DNA from: Elusimicrobiota bacterium
Lineage (GTDB): Bacteria; Elusimicrobiota; Elusimicrobia; UBA1565
Assembly (NCBI GenBank): GCA_043827405.1
Contig: JBDRPD010000003.1
Coordinates: 64,001 to 128,000, forward strand
Length of the DNA: 64,000 bases
Direction: 5' to 3'
The notes below the pieces were generated by a model. It saw only the letters and a list, made by a program, of their open reading frames with translations, ran no database searches and was not told the DNA's origin. The position numbers and the translations under genes were made by a program. Positions 19,932-29,404 of the stretch are shown one piece after another; the stretch's first letter is position 1; every line of letters begins with the position of its first letter.

Positions 19932-20527
19932 ACGCGATATCAGCTCGTGCCAGCGGCAGTCCGGACCTCGTCCAGCCGTGCGGCCTTTCCCATGGCTGGA
20001 TCGAAGTCGTCTGCGGGAGCATGTTTTCCGGCAAGACCCAGGAGCTCATTCGCCGCCTGCGTCTGGCGAAGATCGCCAGGCAGAAGGTCCAATCCTTCAA
20101 CTCCAAGCTGGATACCCGCTACGGCAAAAGCCAGATCATCTCGCACGATAAGCTGAAGATCCCCTGCGTCCCGGCGAAGAATGCGCGCGACATCCTGTCC
20201 AAGGTCGACGACGACACCCAGGTCGTGGGGATCGACGAGGTCCACTTCTTCGGCCCAAGCATCGTCGAGGTGGCGGAAAAGCTCGCCGATCAGGGCCGGC
20301 GGGTTATCGTCGCGGGCCTCGATCAGGACTATCGCGGTCGGCCCTTCGAGGCCACCGCCAATCTCATGGCGGTAGCCGAGTTCGTGAGCAAGCAGCTCGC
20401 GATTTGCGTGGCCTGTGGGAACCCCGCCAACAAGAGCCAGCGCTTGTCGCATACCCGCAAGCGCATCAGTGTCGGCAGCACCGACCAATACGAGGCGCGC
20501 TGCCGGGGCTGCTTCGAAAAGGGCTGA
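19928..20527 (+). CDS. tdk: Thymidine kinase
   Basis: GSMFSGKT, IDEVHFF, AGLDQDYRGRPF, zinc Cys pairs, YEARCRGCF. Confidence 0.96.
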   Translation: MNAISARASGSPDLVQPCGLSHGWIEVVCGSMFSGKTQELIRRLRLAKIARQKVQSFNSKLDTRYGKSQIISHDKLKIPCVPAKNARDILSKVDDDTQVVGIDEVHFFGPSIVEVAEKLADQGRRVIVAGLDQDYRGRPFEATANLMAVAEFVSKQLAICVACGNPANKSQRLSHTRKRISVGSTDQYEARCRGCFEKG

Positions 20528-20533
20528 ACCGGC

Positions 20534-21436
20534 TCAGTCGCCAAACAGCAGGTTGGAGAACCAGGTGTGGAGCGCCAAGCGCGTCCGCGCCAGGCGGTCG
20601 TCTTCTTTTTTGACTGCGGGTTCCGGCGGCGGCTCCGGCACTTGCGGCAGCCGCATCTGCGGACGCCGGTAGCCCTGCTCGATCATGTTGAGCTCGGCGA
20701 TCTTCGCTTTCCGGTCCTCGCGGCGGCCGCCCGCTGTGCCGCCGCCGGCGGCGACGGCTCCGGCGGCGAGCGCGTCGCGGCCGCCCAGCATGCCGCCGAG
20801 CTTGCCGGCGTCGAGCTGCGCGATGCGGCCGCGGTCCATCAGGCGCTGCAGCGCGTGCGAAATCTCTCCATTGTCCAGCACGCTGCCGGCCTTGCGGGAC
20901 TCCCTTTTCGCGCGGTAGGCGAGCTCGCCGCCCGCGGTGTAGTCCAGCTGAGCGCTCTGCAGCCGGTCGCGCATCATGAGAGCTCCGGATTCCCGGTGGT
21001 AAATATTGCCCCGGTCATCATGCGTGAAGCCGTCGGCGCGCAGGAAGGCGGAAAGCTGCGGGCTGAGCTGGAAGCGGTCCGGCGCCCAGGCGACCTCGCC
21101 CGGGATCTCGGCCAGCCGGCGCTCCAGTTCCCAGGGCGGCATCAGGGAGACATGCTCGTCGCGCGCCGCGGCCGCCCTGCCGTCCGTAACGTCCATGAGG
21201 ACGCCGTCATCGCTGTACTGGAAGTTCGCCGCGCTGAGCGCATCCCGGCGGATGCGGCGGTGCGCGACCTCCAGGTCGACGAGATCTCCGTTGTAGTCGA
21301 TCGAGTAGCCGGCCTGCCGCAGGGTTTCCGCCGCCACGGGGCGCGGCGCGGCGGCGCTTAAATGAACAGACGGCAGGAGAAGCAGCGCCGCCGTCAAAAC
21401 CACCAGCTTTCTCCCGCCGTCCGCGTCCATCACCAC
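20534..21436 (-). CDS. Hypothetical secreted protein
   Basis: Signal-peptide-like N-terminus; no family recognised. Confidence 0.6.
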   Translation of the reverse strand: MVMDADGGRKLVVLTAALLLLPSVHLSAAAPRPVAAETLRQAGYSIDYNGDLVDLEVAHRRIRRDALSAANFQYSDDGVLMDVTDGRAAAARDEHVSLMPPWELERRLAEIPGEVAWAPDRFQLSPQLSAFLRADGFTHDDRGNIYHRESGALMMRDRLQSAQLDYTAGGELAYRAKRESRKAGSVLDNGEISHALQRLMDRGRIAQLDAGKLGGMLGGRDALAAGAVAAGGGTAGGRREDRKAKIAELNMIEQGYRRPQMRLPQVPEPPPEPAVKKEDDRLARTRLALHTWFSNLLFGD

Positions 21437-21454
21437 CCCCGGTACTCCTAGTTT

Positions 21455-21574
21455 GAGCCTAAAGGCCCGGGTGTTCCAGACACAAAGGGCCTAATTGAAA
21501 ATAGGCCCAAAGACCTATTTTTGGAAAGATTGCGTCGGGAGAAGGCGATTCGCGCCGAGGGGTCTATAGGCCTA
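21455..21574. promoter_or_regulatory. Three copies of a pseudo-palindromic motif (RGYC-N4-GRCC) in a divergent promoter region
   Basis: GAGCC-TAAA-GGCCC (21455), AAAATAGGCC-CAAA-GACCTATTTT (21498-21521), GGGGTC-TATA-GGCCTA (21559-21574). Confidence 0.4.
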
Positions 21575-21631
21575 GCCGGCACTAGGTCGGACTCACCTGG
21601 AGGAGCGCGGCCGTCCCGCTAACCTATAAGC

Positions 21632-22783
21632 ATGAATCGCTTGGCCGCGCTCCTCACGCTGAGCCTGTGCTGTCCGCCGGCGCAAGCCGCGCCGGGCGTC
21701 GGGCGGGGTGAGGTGTGGAACGAGCTGTTCGCGGCGCGCGAGCAGCGCGTCCTCTCCGCGATAAACGCCGATCCCGCCGCCAACCGGGAATTCTGGAGTG
21801 GTCTGCAGGCGGTTGTCGATAAGCAGCAGGACGCCGACAAGTTCGAGCAGGCGAAGCGCCGCTTTCAGATCAGGTGGTTTGAGCGGATCAAGGATTTTTC
21901 CGGGCAGTACCGCCGCAGCGATGCCGCGCTGCGCCAAAAGATGGCGGGGCTCGCCAAGCCGGACAGCAAGGCGGTCGGCCAGGATAAACTGCTGCAGTGG
22001 TTCGCCGATTACGACCGCGACGTCTGGGCCGGTCAGCTCGTTCCCGCGATATGGAAGCATGCCGATCCATACCACCTCGCCTATAACATCTCCTCGATGC
22101 GGGCGATGAACAAGGCGCAGCGGGACTCCCTCATCGCTCGTTTCGACAAGGGCAAGGACCATTGGCTCAAGCCGTCGGCCGAGACCGTGGCGGAAATCGC
22201 GGTTGAAGAAAGCCGCAAGGAGTTCGTCAAAGAACTGACGCAGGCCGAAAGTGAGATCGTCGCGCGCTTCCGCAGCGTCAAGGAACAGCTCGCGGCCATC
22301 GATCTCAAGCTGGGGGCGGCCGCCTCGATTATCGCCAAGGGCCCGCAGGCGGGCAGCGACGAGGCCTTGGCGGAAAAAGGAGCCGATTTCGACGGCGCGC
22401 TGCCGTCCAAGGACAACGGCAGCGCGGTCGTAGATGCGCGTCCGGACAGCGCCGAGCAGGCTGCCGCCGGCGCGGCCGTCGCCGACGATAAACCCAATAG
22501 CGGCCTGCAGCGCAGCGCCGAGACGGCGCCGGCCGCGGAGCAGGGAGTCCATTTCGGTGAACCGCCCGCTCCGAAGACGGACGAGTCGCAGAATCTCGCG
22601 GCGGCGGAGGAGCCCGGCTTCGGCTCCAAGCTTCGTGCCGCCTGGAAGAGCCCGAAGGTCAAGGCGGGAGCCGGCGCGCTGCTCGGCGGCATTCTGGGCT
22701 TTATCTTCGGCGGACCGATCGGAGCGCTGATCGGCGCCGCGGCCGGCGCCGCCGCGATGTACGGCGCCTCCAAACTCCTCTAA
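21632..22783 (+). CDS. Secreted protein with C-terminal glycine zipper
   Basis: Signal peptide ending AQA-A; C-terminus GAGALLGGILGFIFGGPIGALIGAAAGAAA. Confidence 0.7.
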   Translation: MNRLAALLTLSLCCPPAQAAPGVGRGEVWNELFAAREQRVLSAINADPAANREFWSGLQAVVDKQQDADKFEQAKRRFQIRWFERIKDFSGQYRRSDAALRQKMAGLAKPDSKAVGQDKLLQWFADYDRDVWAGQLVPAIWKHADPYHLAYNISSMRAMNKAQRDSLIARFDKGKDHWLKPSAETVAEIAVEESRKEFVKELTQAESEIVARFRSVKEQLAAIDLKLGAAASIIAKGPQAGSDEALAEKGADFDGALPSKDNGSAVVDARPDSAEQAAAGAAVADDKPNSGLQRSAETAPAAEQGVHFGEPPAPKTDESQNLAAAEEPGFGSKLRAAWKSPKVKAGAGALLGGILGFIFGGPIGALIGAAAGAAAMYGASKLL

Positions 22784-22834
22784 ACAAGTACCGGTACTTA
22801 TTACTTGAGTCGACGGCGGGTGCGGAGTTTCGGG

Positions 22835-24118
22835 CTAGTCGGCGGGGCCCCAGCTGGGGGTGAAGGACTGGCTGGGCATATCGCCGAGCGCGTGCGGGGC
22901 GCTGCCGTCGCGGTCCATGATGAAGATGCGCCGCCGTTTGCCGCGCGTCGAGGAGAAGGCGATGAATCGCCCGTCGGGCGACCAGGTCGGGTCCTCATTG
23001 GAGCCCTCGCCGTGGGTCAGCTGTACGATGCGGTTGCCGGTGATGTCGGACAGGTAGATGTCGAATTTGTCTTTCGGATTCACCCGGCCGGCGAAGGCGA
23101 TCCACTCGCCCGTGGGCGACCAGGCCGGAGAATCGCACCAATTGAGCCGGGACAGGCGCCGGGAGCGTCCGGTGGCGATTTCCATGCTGTAGATCTGGGG
23201 ATTGCCCGAGCGGTCGGTGACATAGGCGATCTGCTCGCCGTCGGGTGAGAACGTGGGCGAAGATTCCAGGCCGCTGCTCGAGGTGATGCGCTTGCTCTTC
23301 CCGTCGCGGATGTCGACGAAGTACGCCTTGGGCGTACTGCCTTGCGTCAGAGTCGCCGCCAGCCGCGAGCCGTCCGGCGAGAAGCCTCCGGCGAGATTCA
23401 GCCCTTGGAGGTTCATGATGGGACGGACTATTCCCCGGCCGAGGTCGAGGAGAAAGATGTCCGGGTTGCCGTCCTTGTAGCTGGTGAAGGCGAGGCGGCG
23501 CCCGTCGGCTGTCCAGCGAGGCATCAGGTTGATCGAGTTGTTGGCGGTGACGCGCTTGGTCCGAAAGCCGTCATAGTCCATCAGGTAGACTTCTTTGCTG
23601 CCGGTCTGGTCGTTGACGAAGGCGATGCGCGAGCGGGCGATTCCCTTTTTTCCGGTCAGTTGGCCGACGACATCGTCCGCGACGCGGTGGGCAAGGGTGC
23701 GCCAAAAATCGGCTTTCTGCCGGTAGTAGCGCGACAGCATCGCGTCGCCTGAGGCGAGGTCGCGGACAACTGCGGTCAGCTCGATCTGATCATTGACGCG
23801 GGCGACCTTGGCTTCCAGCAGGAAGCCCGCTCCCAGCTTCGTCCATTCACGGTAGGCTTCGGTGGTTCCTCCCGCCGGACCGCCCTCTTTCAGATCGAAG
23901 TAGCGGGAAAACAGCAGGTCGGCGCGCACGATTTCGCGCAGTTGTCGTCCGGTTTCAGCGTCGGCCGGGAGCCGGGCGTCCTGGGGGAAAAAAGTGTCGA
24001 TCCCCAACGCCCAGCGGGGCGATTTCGCGCGCTCCACTCCAATGTAGATGTCCGAGGCCGCGGCGGGGAACGGCTGGGCCGCCGTCAGCAGGAGCGCGCA
24101 GCAAAGAACGGTCCTCAT
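22835..24118 (-). CDS. tolB: Tol-Pal beta-propeller protein TolB
   Basis: TolB N-domain (AHRVADDVV..LTG..G...SRIAFV) plus PD40 repeats (PTFSPDG, PAWSPTG, PTWSPDG). Confidence 0.92.
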   Translation of the reverse strand: MRTVLCCALLLTAAQPFPAAASDIYIGVERAKSPRWALGIDTFFPQDARLPADAETGRQLREIVRADLLFSRYFDLKEGGPAGGTTEAYREWTKLGAGFLLEAKVARVNDQIELTAVVRDLASGDAMLSRYYRQKADFWRTLAHRVADDVVGQLTGKKGIARSRIAFVNDQTGSKEVYLMDYDGFRTKRVTANNSINLMPRWTADGRRLAFTSYKDGNPDIFLLDLGRGIVRPIMNLQGLNLAGGFSPDGSRLAATLTQGSTPKAYFVDIRDGKSKRITSSSGLESSPTFSPDGEQIAYVTDRSGNPQIYSMEIATGRSRRLSRLNWCDSPAWSPTGEWIAFAGRVNPKDKFDIYLSDITGNRIVQLTHGEGSNEDPTWSPDGRFIAFSSTRGKRRRIFIMDRDGSAPHALGDMPSQSFTPSWGPAD

Positions 24119-25020
24119 GGAGCCGCTTTCTCGGCCGGCTCCGGTTCCGGCAGAGCATCGCCGTCTTGGGCGGATTTGATGTTCTTCTCCCAGGAGCGGA
24201 GCAGCTCGGAGGCTTTCTTCGCTTCCGGGGACTTCGGGAAATCATCCGGAATGGATTCCAGGTAGCGTTTGGCTTCCTCAAGAAGCGTCTTCATCTTCAT
24301 CAGGCATAAAGCGTAATGCAGGCGGGCGGACGGCGTGATGTCGCTCTTGGGGTAACGGTCGAGCACCAGCGCGAAGTTCCTGGCGGCCAGCTTCCATTGC
24401 TTCTGCGCGTAGCGTACCTTGCCGAGGTAATAGGTGGCGATGTCGACCATCTCGCCCTTGGGGTACTCGTTAACGTAGAGCTTGAAGCCTTCGGCTGCCA
24501 TGGCGTACTTCTTCTGGCTGTACTGAACGCGCGCCTTGTGATATATCTCGCTCGGCGCGGGTCCGGCGGCCTGCGGGGTCGTCGCAGTTTGCGCCTTCTC
24601 TTCCTCTTGCTTGCGGCGCTCCAGTTCCCGCTGCTCCTCCTCCTTTCTCAGCCGCTCCTGCTCCTCTTTCTTTTCGCGCTCTTGGAACAGCTCGCGGCTC
24701 TGCTTGATGGAGGTGTCCAGGTTGGTGAACTTGTGGCCGAGTCCAGCGCCTACGTCATCCATTTTCGCCGAAAGGTTGGACATGGCTTCACGGTTGTCCT
24801 TGAGGTTCTCATTAAGGACGGTGATATCCGAGCTCATCTGCTCGAGCTTGGAGTTGAGATCGGCCTGGTTGGACTGCAGGTTGGACATGATTTTTTTCAG
24901 CTGATGGACCTGCAGATTCATGCCGTCGGTCTGCTGGGATAAATCGAGGATGTCTCTTTGCGTCGCGACACAGCCGGCCAGAACTAGCGCCCCCAGCAGC
25001 GGAAAGATCGCGCGGCGCAT
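24115..25020 (-). CDS. cpoB: CpoB/YbgF-like coiled-coil plus TPR lipoprotein
   Basis: Lipobox LAGC, long coiled coil, TPRs ending FPKSPEAKKA; lies between pal and tolB. Confidence 0.82.
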   Translation of the reverse strand: MRRAIFPLLGALVLAGCVATQRDILDLSQQTDGMNLQVHQLKKIMSNLQSNQADLNSKLEQMSSDITVLNENLKDNREAMSNLSAKMDDVGAGLGHKFTNLDTSIKQSRELFQEREKKEEQERLRKEEEQRELERRKQEEEKAQTATTPQAAGPAPSEIYHKARVQYSQKKYAMAAEGFKLYVNEYPKGEMVDIATYYLGKVRYAQKQWKLAARNFALVLDRYPKSDITPSARLHYALCLMKMKTLLEEAKRYLESIPDDFPKSPEAKKASELLRSWEKNIKSAQDGDALPEPEPAEKAAP

Positions 25021-25026
25021 GGCGTC

Positions 25027-25665
25027 CTAACGGGTCTCGCGGCTTTCCGATGCCGCGTTTTCCGGAAGGATGGCCTGATCGCCGCCTTCGTGCTGGTTGC
25101 GCGCGAGCGTCGCGGCGCGCCGGTTCTGCCGCCAGCAGTCATCGGTCGATTCGACGCAGACCGGCTTTTCCTCGCCGTAGGATATCGTGCCCACCGCCGT
25201 TCCGTCGACCCCGAGCCGAATGTAGTATTCGCGCACGGTTTTTGCGCGCTTCTGTCCGAGCGCCAGGTTGTAGCCCAGGGTGCCGCGCTCGTCGCAATGT
25301 CCTTCCACCAGAATCTGCAGTTCGGGGTGGCTTTTGAGATACTGCGCATTGTTTTTAAGCGTGACCCGCATGTCGGGAGTGAGCGTGTAGCGGTCGTATT
25401 CGAAAGTGATCGGCCGCAGGTCGGGGATGTCGGTGAAGCCCTCGCCGCGGATGTCGGCTTCGGCCACGTCGACATTCGGATCGTTGAGCCCGCCCTCATC
25501 GCCGTATAGCGAACCTCCCGCATAGTCCTTGCCGTCTGCGTCGGCTCCGGTCGCCGGGCCGGCGGTGCGGACGGTCTTTTTCGCGCAGCCGGCCGCGGCG
25601 AAAACCGCGCACAACAGCACGGCCGCGATGATGTGCGGATCAAAATAGGAGCTGCGTTTTTGCAT
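25027..25665 (-). CDS. pal: Peptidoglycan-associated lipoprotein
   Basis: Lipobox AAGC; EGHCDERGTLGYNLALGQKRA; ISYGEEKP; NRRA. Start at ATG 25665 after GGAGG. Confidence 0.94.
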   Translation of the reverse strand: MQKRSSYFDPHIIAAVLLCAVFAAAGCAKKTVRTAGPATGADADGKDYAGGSLYGDEGGLNDPNVDVAEADIRGEGFTDIPDLRPITFEYDRYTLTPDMRVTLKNNAQYLKSHPELQILVEGHCDERGTLGYNLALGQKRAKTVREYYIRLGVDGTAVGTISYGEEKPVCVESTDDCWRQNRRAATLARNQHEGGDQAILPENAASESRETR

Positions 25666-25748
25666 CAATCCTCCAACGTCGAAAATTCTATTTACTTCTT
25701 CGAACACATTCTACCCTACCCACCCAACACTGTCAAGTTATAAGGAAT

Positions 25749-25782
25749 AGCAGACTGCGCGGCGCCGGCCGCGCAGTCTGCT
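25749..25782 (-). terminator. Strong hairpin, probable terminator of the 26181-25807 gene
   Basis: AGCAGACTGCGCGGC-GCCG-GCCGCGCAGTCTGCT, 15-bp perfect stem just downstream of the stop. Confidence 0.6.
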
Positions 25783-25806
25783 GTAATCGCAAGTCGGAGC
25801 GGCGGT

Positions 25807-26181
25807 CTATTCCAGCTCCGGCTCAGGTCCGTCATCGTCGTTCATCTCGCCGCAGCGCTTCGCCCGACGTTCCTTCCGGCCGCGCTTGCGCCGTTCCTGC
25901 CGCTTGCTCATCCGCTTCTCAAACCGGTCCTTGAGTTCGGGGTTGGCGGCGAGGAATGCGTCTCTCTCCTTCTTCATCTCTTTTTGGAACGTCTCCCGTT
26001 TGGCCTTCATTTCCTCACGGAACTTCTTGCGCTTTTCCTGCTGCTGTTTGAAGAAAGCCTTGGCTTTCTCCTTCGTCTCGGCTTTCACCGCCTTGGATTC
26101 ACCTTTTTCGGTTTTTTCCTTGGCGTAGAGTGCCGGGACGCAGAGGGCGCCTACGAGCATCGCAGTCATTAGGTATCTCAT
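25807..26181 (-). CDS. Small secreted, highly charged helical protein
   Basis: GGAG RBS, signal peptide ending LYA-K, K/E/R-rich helix. Confidence 0.7.
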   Translation of the reverse strand: MRYLMTAMLVGALCVPALYAKEKTEKGESKAVKAETKEKAKAFFKQQQEKRKKFREEMKAKRETFQKEMKKERDAFLAANPELKDRFEKRMSKRQERRKRGRKERRAKRCGEMNDDDGPEPELE

Positions 26182-26299
26182 TTCATCTCTCCCGAGGGCG
26201 GCTATGCACCCCTCACCACGTAGTACGAGCGACCCCCCATTTTAGTTCCCTGCCCCCGGGAACTTTATTTTGCGCTTATTTCTGCTAGACTTTATCCAG

Positions 26300-27046
26300 A
26301 TGCCCGAGAAGATTCTCATTGTCGAAGACTACGAGCCCTGGATCGAGCTCCTGCAGGTATGGCTCAAAGGCGCCGGTTACGAGGAGATTTACGTGGCGCG
26401 CTTCGGCAAGGACGGCGTCGAGCTCGCCCGCAAATGTCTTCCGGACTGCATCCTCCTTGATCTGGGCCTGCCGGATATCGACGGCATGGAAGTCTGCAAA
26501 ATGGTCCGTTCCATCCCGGCGCTCGGCAAGACGCCGATCGTGATGATCACGTCCCACCGCAAAGACAAGATCCTGGGGTTGGAATACGGAGCCGATTACT
26601 TCGTGCAGAAATCGGAGAATCCCGCCGAATTGCTGGCGACTCTGCGCGCGGTGTTCCGGCGCCGTGAATTGGACCAGAATATCGTCCGGGTCAGCGACGT
26701 CGCGGTGCATATGGAGACGCGCAAGGTCTACTTCCGCGATCTCGAAGTGGCGACGCTGACGCCCAAGACCTTCGAGCTTTTCTATATCCTCATCGAGCGC
26801 AGCCCCGAGCCGGTGCACAAAGACATCCTGTTCTCGGCGGTCGAGGGCAAGCCCATGCCGGAGCTCTCGCGCGCGCTCGACATCCTCATGAACCGCCTGC
26901 GCAAGGCGCTGCCCGTCATCCTGGAAAAGCGCATCATGGCGGTCAAGGGCTTCGGTTACGTCTACATCAAGCCCGGCAATAAAGACGAGAAGCCGGCTTC
27001 CCCCGAGAAGCTGGCTCCCAAAGTTCCGCCCCGTAAAAAGAAGTAG
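26300..27046 (+). CDS. OmpR-family response regulator (no adjacent kinase)
   Basis: KILIVED, ILLDLGLPDIDG, GADYFVQK receiver domain; winged helix RLRKAL...VKGFGY. Confidence 0.9.
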   Translation: MPEKILIVEDYEPWIELLQVWLKGAGYEEIYVARFGKDGVELARKCLPDCILLDLGLPDIDGMEVCKMVRSIPALGKTPIVMITSHRKDKILGLEYGADYFVQKSENPAELLATLRAVFRRRELDQNIVRVSDVAVHMETRKVYFRDLEVATLTPKTFELFYILIERSPEPVHKDILFSAVEGKPMPELSRALDILMNRLRKALPVILEKRIMAVKGFGYVYIKPGNKDEKPASPEKLAPKVPPRKKK

Positions 27047-27053
27047 GGGCGTT

Positions 27054-27512
27054 CTACTTAAACTTTATCCCCTCCAGCCGGCGCAGGCGATTTTTCGGCA
27101 GCTCCATAACGACGACGGCGCCGTTGTCGCTGGTGAAGCGCGTGCTGACGATCTGGGCGCCCCGGATAATGTTCTTGACCCGCGAGGCGAGCGCGGAGTC
27201 CGTCTCCATGGCGCGGGAGACCGTAATGCCGCCTTCTATCTCCACCCCTTTGACCACGGTAAGCATCTCGTACTGGGCGGCGACGATGGCGGCGTTGCGG
27301 GCGGTGGCCTTGCGCTGGGTGTCGGTCGCCAGCGCCGGGTCGGCGGCGCCGATGCCGACCGCGCGGATGTGCGTGCGGGTGACCATATTCTGCTCGATGA
27401 CGTCGACGACCCTGCCCTTCTTGACGTACTTCGGCGCGCAGCCGGTCAACGCGACGGCGGCGATAACGGCGCCGGCCGCCGTGGCGATCAGTACTCGGTC
27501 GATATTTTTCAT
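27054..27512 (-). CDS. Lipoprotein, LPP20-like
   Basis: GGAGG RBS before ATG 27512; lipobox LTGC; AVGIGA...ARNAAIVAAQYEM...IRGAQIV pattern. Confidence 0.65.
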   Translation of the reverse strand: MKNIDRVLIATAAGAVIAAVALTGCAPKYVKKGRVVDVIEQNMVTRTHIRAVGIGAADPALATDTQRKATARNAAIVAAQYEMLTVVKGVEIEGGITVSRAMETDSALASRVKNIIRGAQIVSTRFTSDNGAVVVMELPKNRLRRLEGIKFK

Positions 27513-27550
27513 GGCGTGGCCTCCCCGGGTCCGGCTGAAATCGTTGATCA

Positions 27551-28456
27551 TTAGTAGTAGCACTCCTCGAGGATGCGCTCGACTTGGCGGTCGGCCGCAT
27601 CCAGGCGCTCCTTGGCGTGCACCGTGACTCCGGCGGTGAAATTCTGCGTGTAAAGCTCCTGGGTGCGGCTGTAGAACTGCTGGCGCAGGCCGAGATCGCG
27701 GATGTTCGAACCGGGGTTGCGCGTCAGGGTGGAAGCCCGGAAGCCCGGCTCATGCAGGCGCGCCGCCCAGAAGCGGGCGCGCTGCTCGATCGTTCCTGAT
27801 TGGACGGCGCGGACGCGGTCCTCCCAGTCGTCGCAGGAGTTGATATCGGCCAGGGCGTCGCGCATGTCCGGGATGCCTCCCAGCGACGGCGCGCCGAAGC
27901 CGACGATGGAGGGCGGCGGCGTGTCCCAGACGTCGGCGGAGGCGATCATGATTTCATCCTCCCACTCTTTCTCGACCTTGGCGGTGGCCGCGCCGAGGAC
28001 GCGCGCCGTCTCGGTGTCGATGAGGCGGGCGTGCACTTCCAGCTTGCCGCGGCGGAGCTTGAGATAGGTCCCGGTGACGATCGCGTCCACGCCCAGCACC
28101 TGGCCGAGCTCTTTGGCCTGCTCAGCCCGGACTACGCCTTTATAGCTCAGCCCCTGCTCTTGCAGCACCTGGTCGAGGAGGGCCCGCTCGACGATCTTGA
28201 TGTCCCGGCTCATTGACAGCCGCGAGGTGAGGCGGGCGGCGAGGATTTCGCCGCTCTGCGCGCCGCCGCCGGTGATCGGCTGCAGCGGCATGACCGCGAG
28301 GCGCTGGTAGCCGGTCTGGCGGGCGATGTCCGCGAGGTCGCGGGCGAGCTGTTCGTAGGGGTCCGCCTGAGCCGGCAGCCCGAGCCCGACGATCAGGGCG
28401 GCGAGGGCGAGGGTCTTGGCTTCGGCGGTCATTTTTTCGGCTCCTGCTAAGTTCAT
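27551..28456 (-). CDS. CsgG/FlgO-like (TolB-N fold) secreted protein
   Basis: IVERALLDQVLQEQ...AKELGQVLGVDAIVTGT...HARLIDTETARVL signature. Confidence 0.78.
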   Translation of the reverse strand: MNLAGAEKMTAEAKTLALAALIVGLGLPAQADPYEQLARDLADIARQTGYQRLAVMPLQPITGGGAQSGEILAARLTSRLSMSRDIKIVERALLDQVLQEQGLSYKGVVRAEQAKELGQVLGVDAIVTGTYLKLRRGKLEVHARLIDTETARVLGAATAKVEKEWEDEIMIASADVWDTPPPSIVGFGAPSLGGIPDMRDALADINSCDDWEDRVRAVQSGTIEQRARFWAARLHEPGFRASTLTRNPGSNIRDLGLRQQFYSRTQELYTQNFTAGVTVHAKERLDAADRQVERILEECYY

Positions 28457-28546
28457 AGCAGGCGGAGTCCGTTACGTCAATTCACAGGCATGTAACCGCC
28501 GGTAACATGAATGTTACTTTGGTCACAGGGTGAAGTGAACGGCCGG

Positions 28547-29404
28547 CTATTTGCGACGGGGCGCGCAGCGGCGGGCGATTTCGTCCCAGGCGGGTTCGAC
28601 GCCGCGTTCGCGGCTGATGCGGTGGAAAACATCGAGAAAAATCTCCAGCGCGCGGCTGCCATCGGTCTCGATCGAGGCGTTATGCTCGCGCCCCTCGTCA
28701 AGGCAGGCGCGCCATTCCTCGGCGTCCAGTTCGATGTCGCGGCGGAAGCCCGCCTCCTCGCCCTTGGACTCGAAGATCGTGACGATGCTGCCGCAGCGCA
28801 CGCAGGCATCGACATAGCGGTCGACTTCGGGATCGCTGAGGTCCATGATGCGGTGGATGAAGTACGGCTGATTCGGGATGTCGTAGAGATTGAACAGCAG
28901 GCCGATGAGCGCTCCCTCCGGCATAAGGAAGAGGCGCGTCTGCACCTGGTAGCGTACGCCGCGGAAGCGCGAGGGCTGCACCGTCTTCAGCCGCCAGGCG
29001 GGGCGGGTGTCCTCGTAGTCGAGCGTGATCGTCCGCGCCGGCCCCTTGAGCGGTGGGGCGCCGCGCAGCCCCGCGGGGGGCGTCTGTTCGGGGTGTACGG
29101 GGTGCTGCCCGTCGACGAAAATAATCCGTACCGGTTCGCGGCAGAGAGCGCAGCTGACGGCATAGGCGTCGACGATGCAGCCGCCGGCGCCGGCGCCTCC
29201 CGCGTGTCCGGGCGAATCGGGACAGGCGCCTTCCACCGAGCCTCGCCGGCTGATTTCCAGCCGGTGGCCCTTCGCGCAGGTCCAGCTTTCAAGCATCGCC
29301 CGGGCGTCGGCGGGGCCGGCGGACAGCAGGGGATTGCGCGGCGACCAGCCCCGGGGCTTGCCGGCGCCGCCCCAGCCGCTGAACAGCCGTCCCAGCAGGC
29401 TCAT
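28547..29404 (-). CDS. Hypothetical protein with Cys-rich N-region; paralog of the N-domain of 34411-35532
   Basis: SRFRGVRY...LFLMPEGALIG...LYDIPNQPYFIHRIMDLSD aligns with 34411; overlaps the stop of the upstream gene. Confidence 0.72.
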   Translation of the reverse strand: MSLLGRLFSGWGGAGKPRGWSPRNPLLSAGPADARAMLESWTCAKGHRLEISRRGSVEGACPDSPGHAGGAGAGGCIVDAYAVSCALCREPVRIIFVDGQHPVHPEQTPPAGLRGAPPLKGPARTITLDYEDTRPAWRLKTVQPSRFRGVRYQVQTRLFLMPEGALIGLLFNLYDIPNQPYFIHRIMDLSDPEVDRYVDACVRCGSIVTIFESKGEEAGFRRDIELDAEEWRACLDEGREHNASIETDGSRALEIFLDVFHRISRERGVEPAWDEIARRCAPRRK

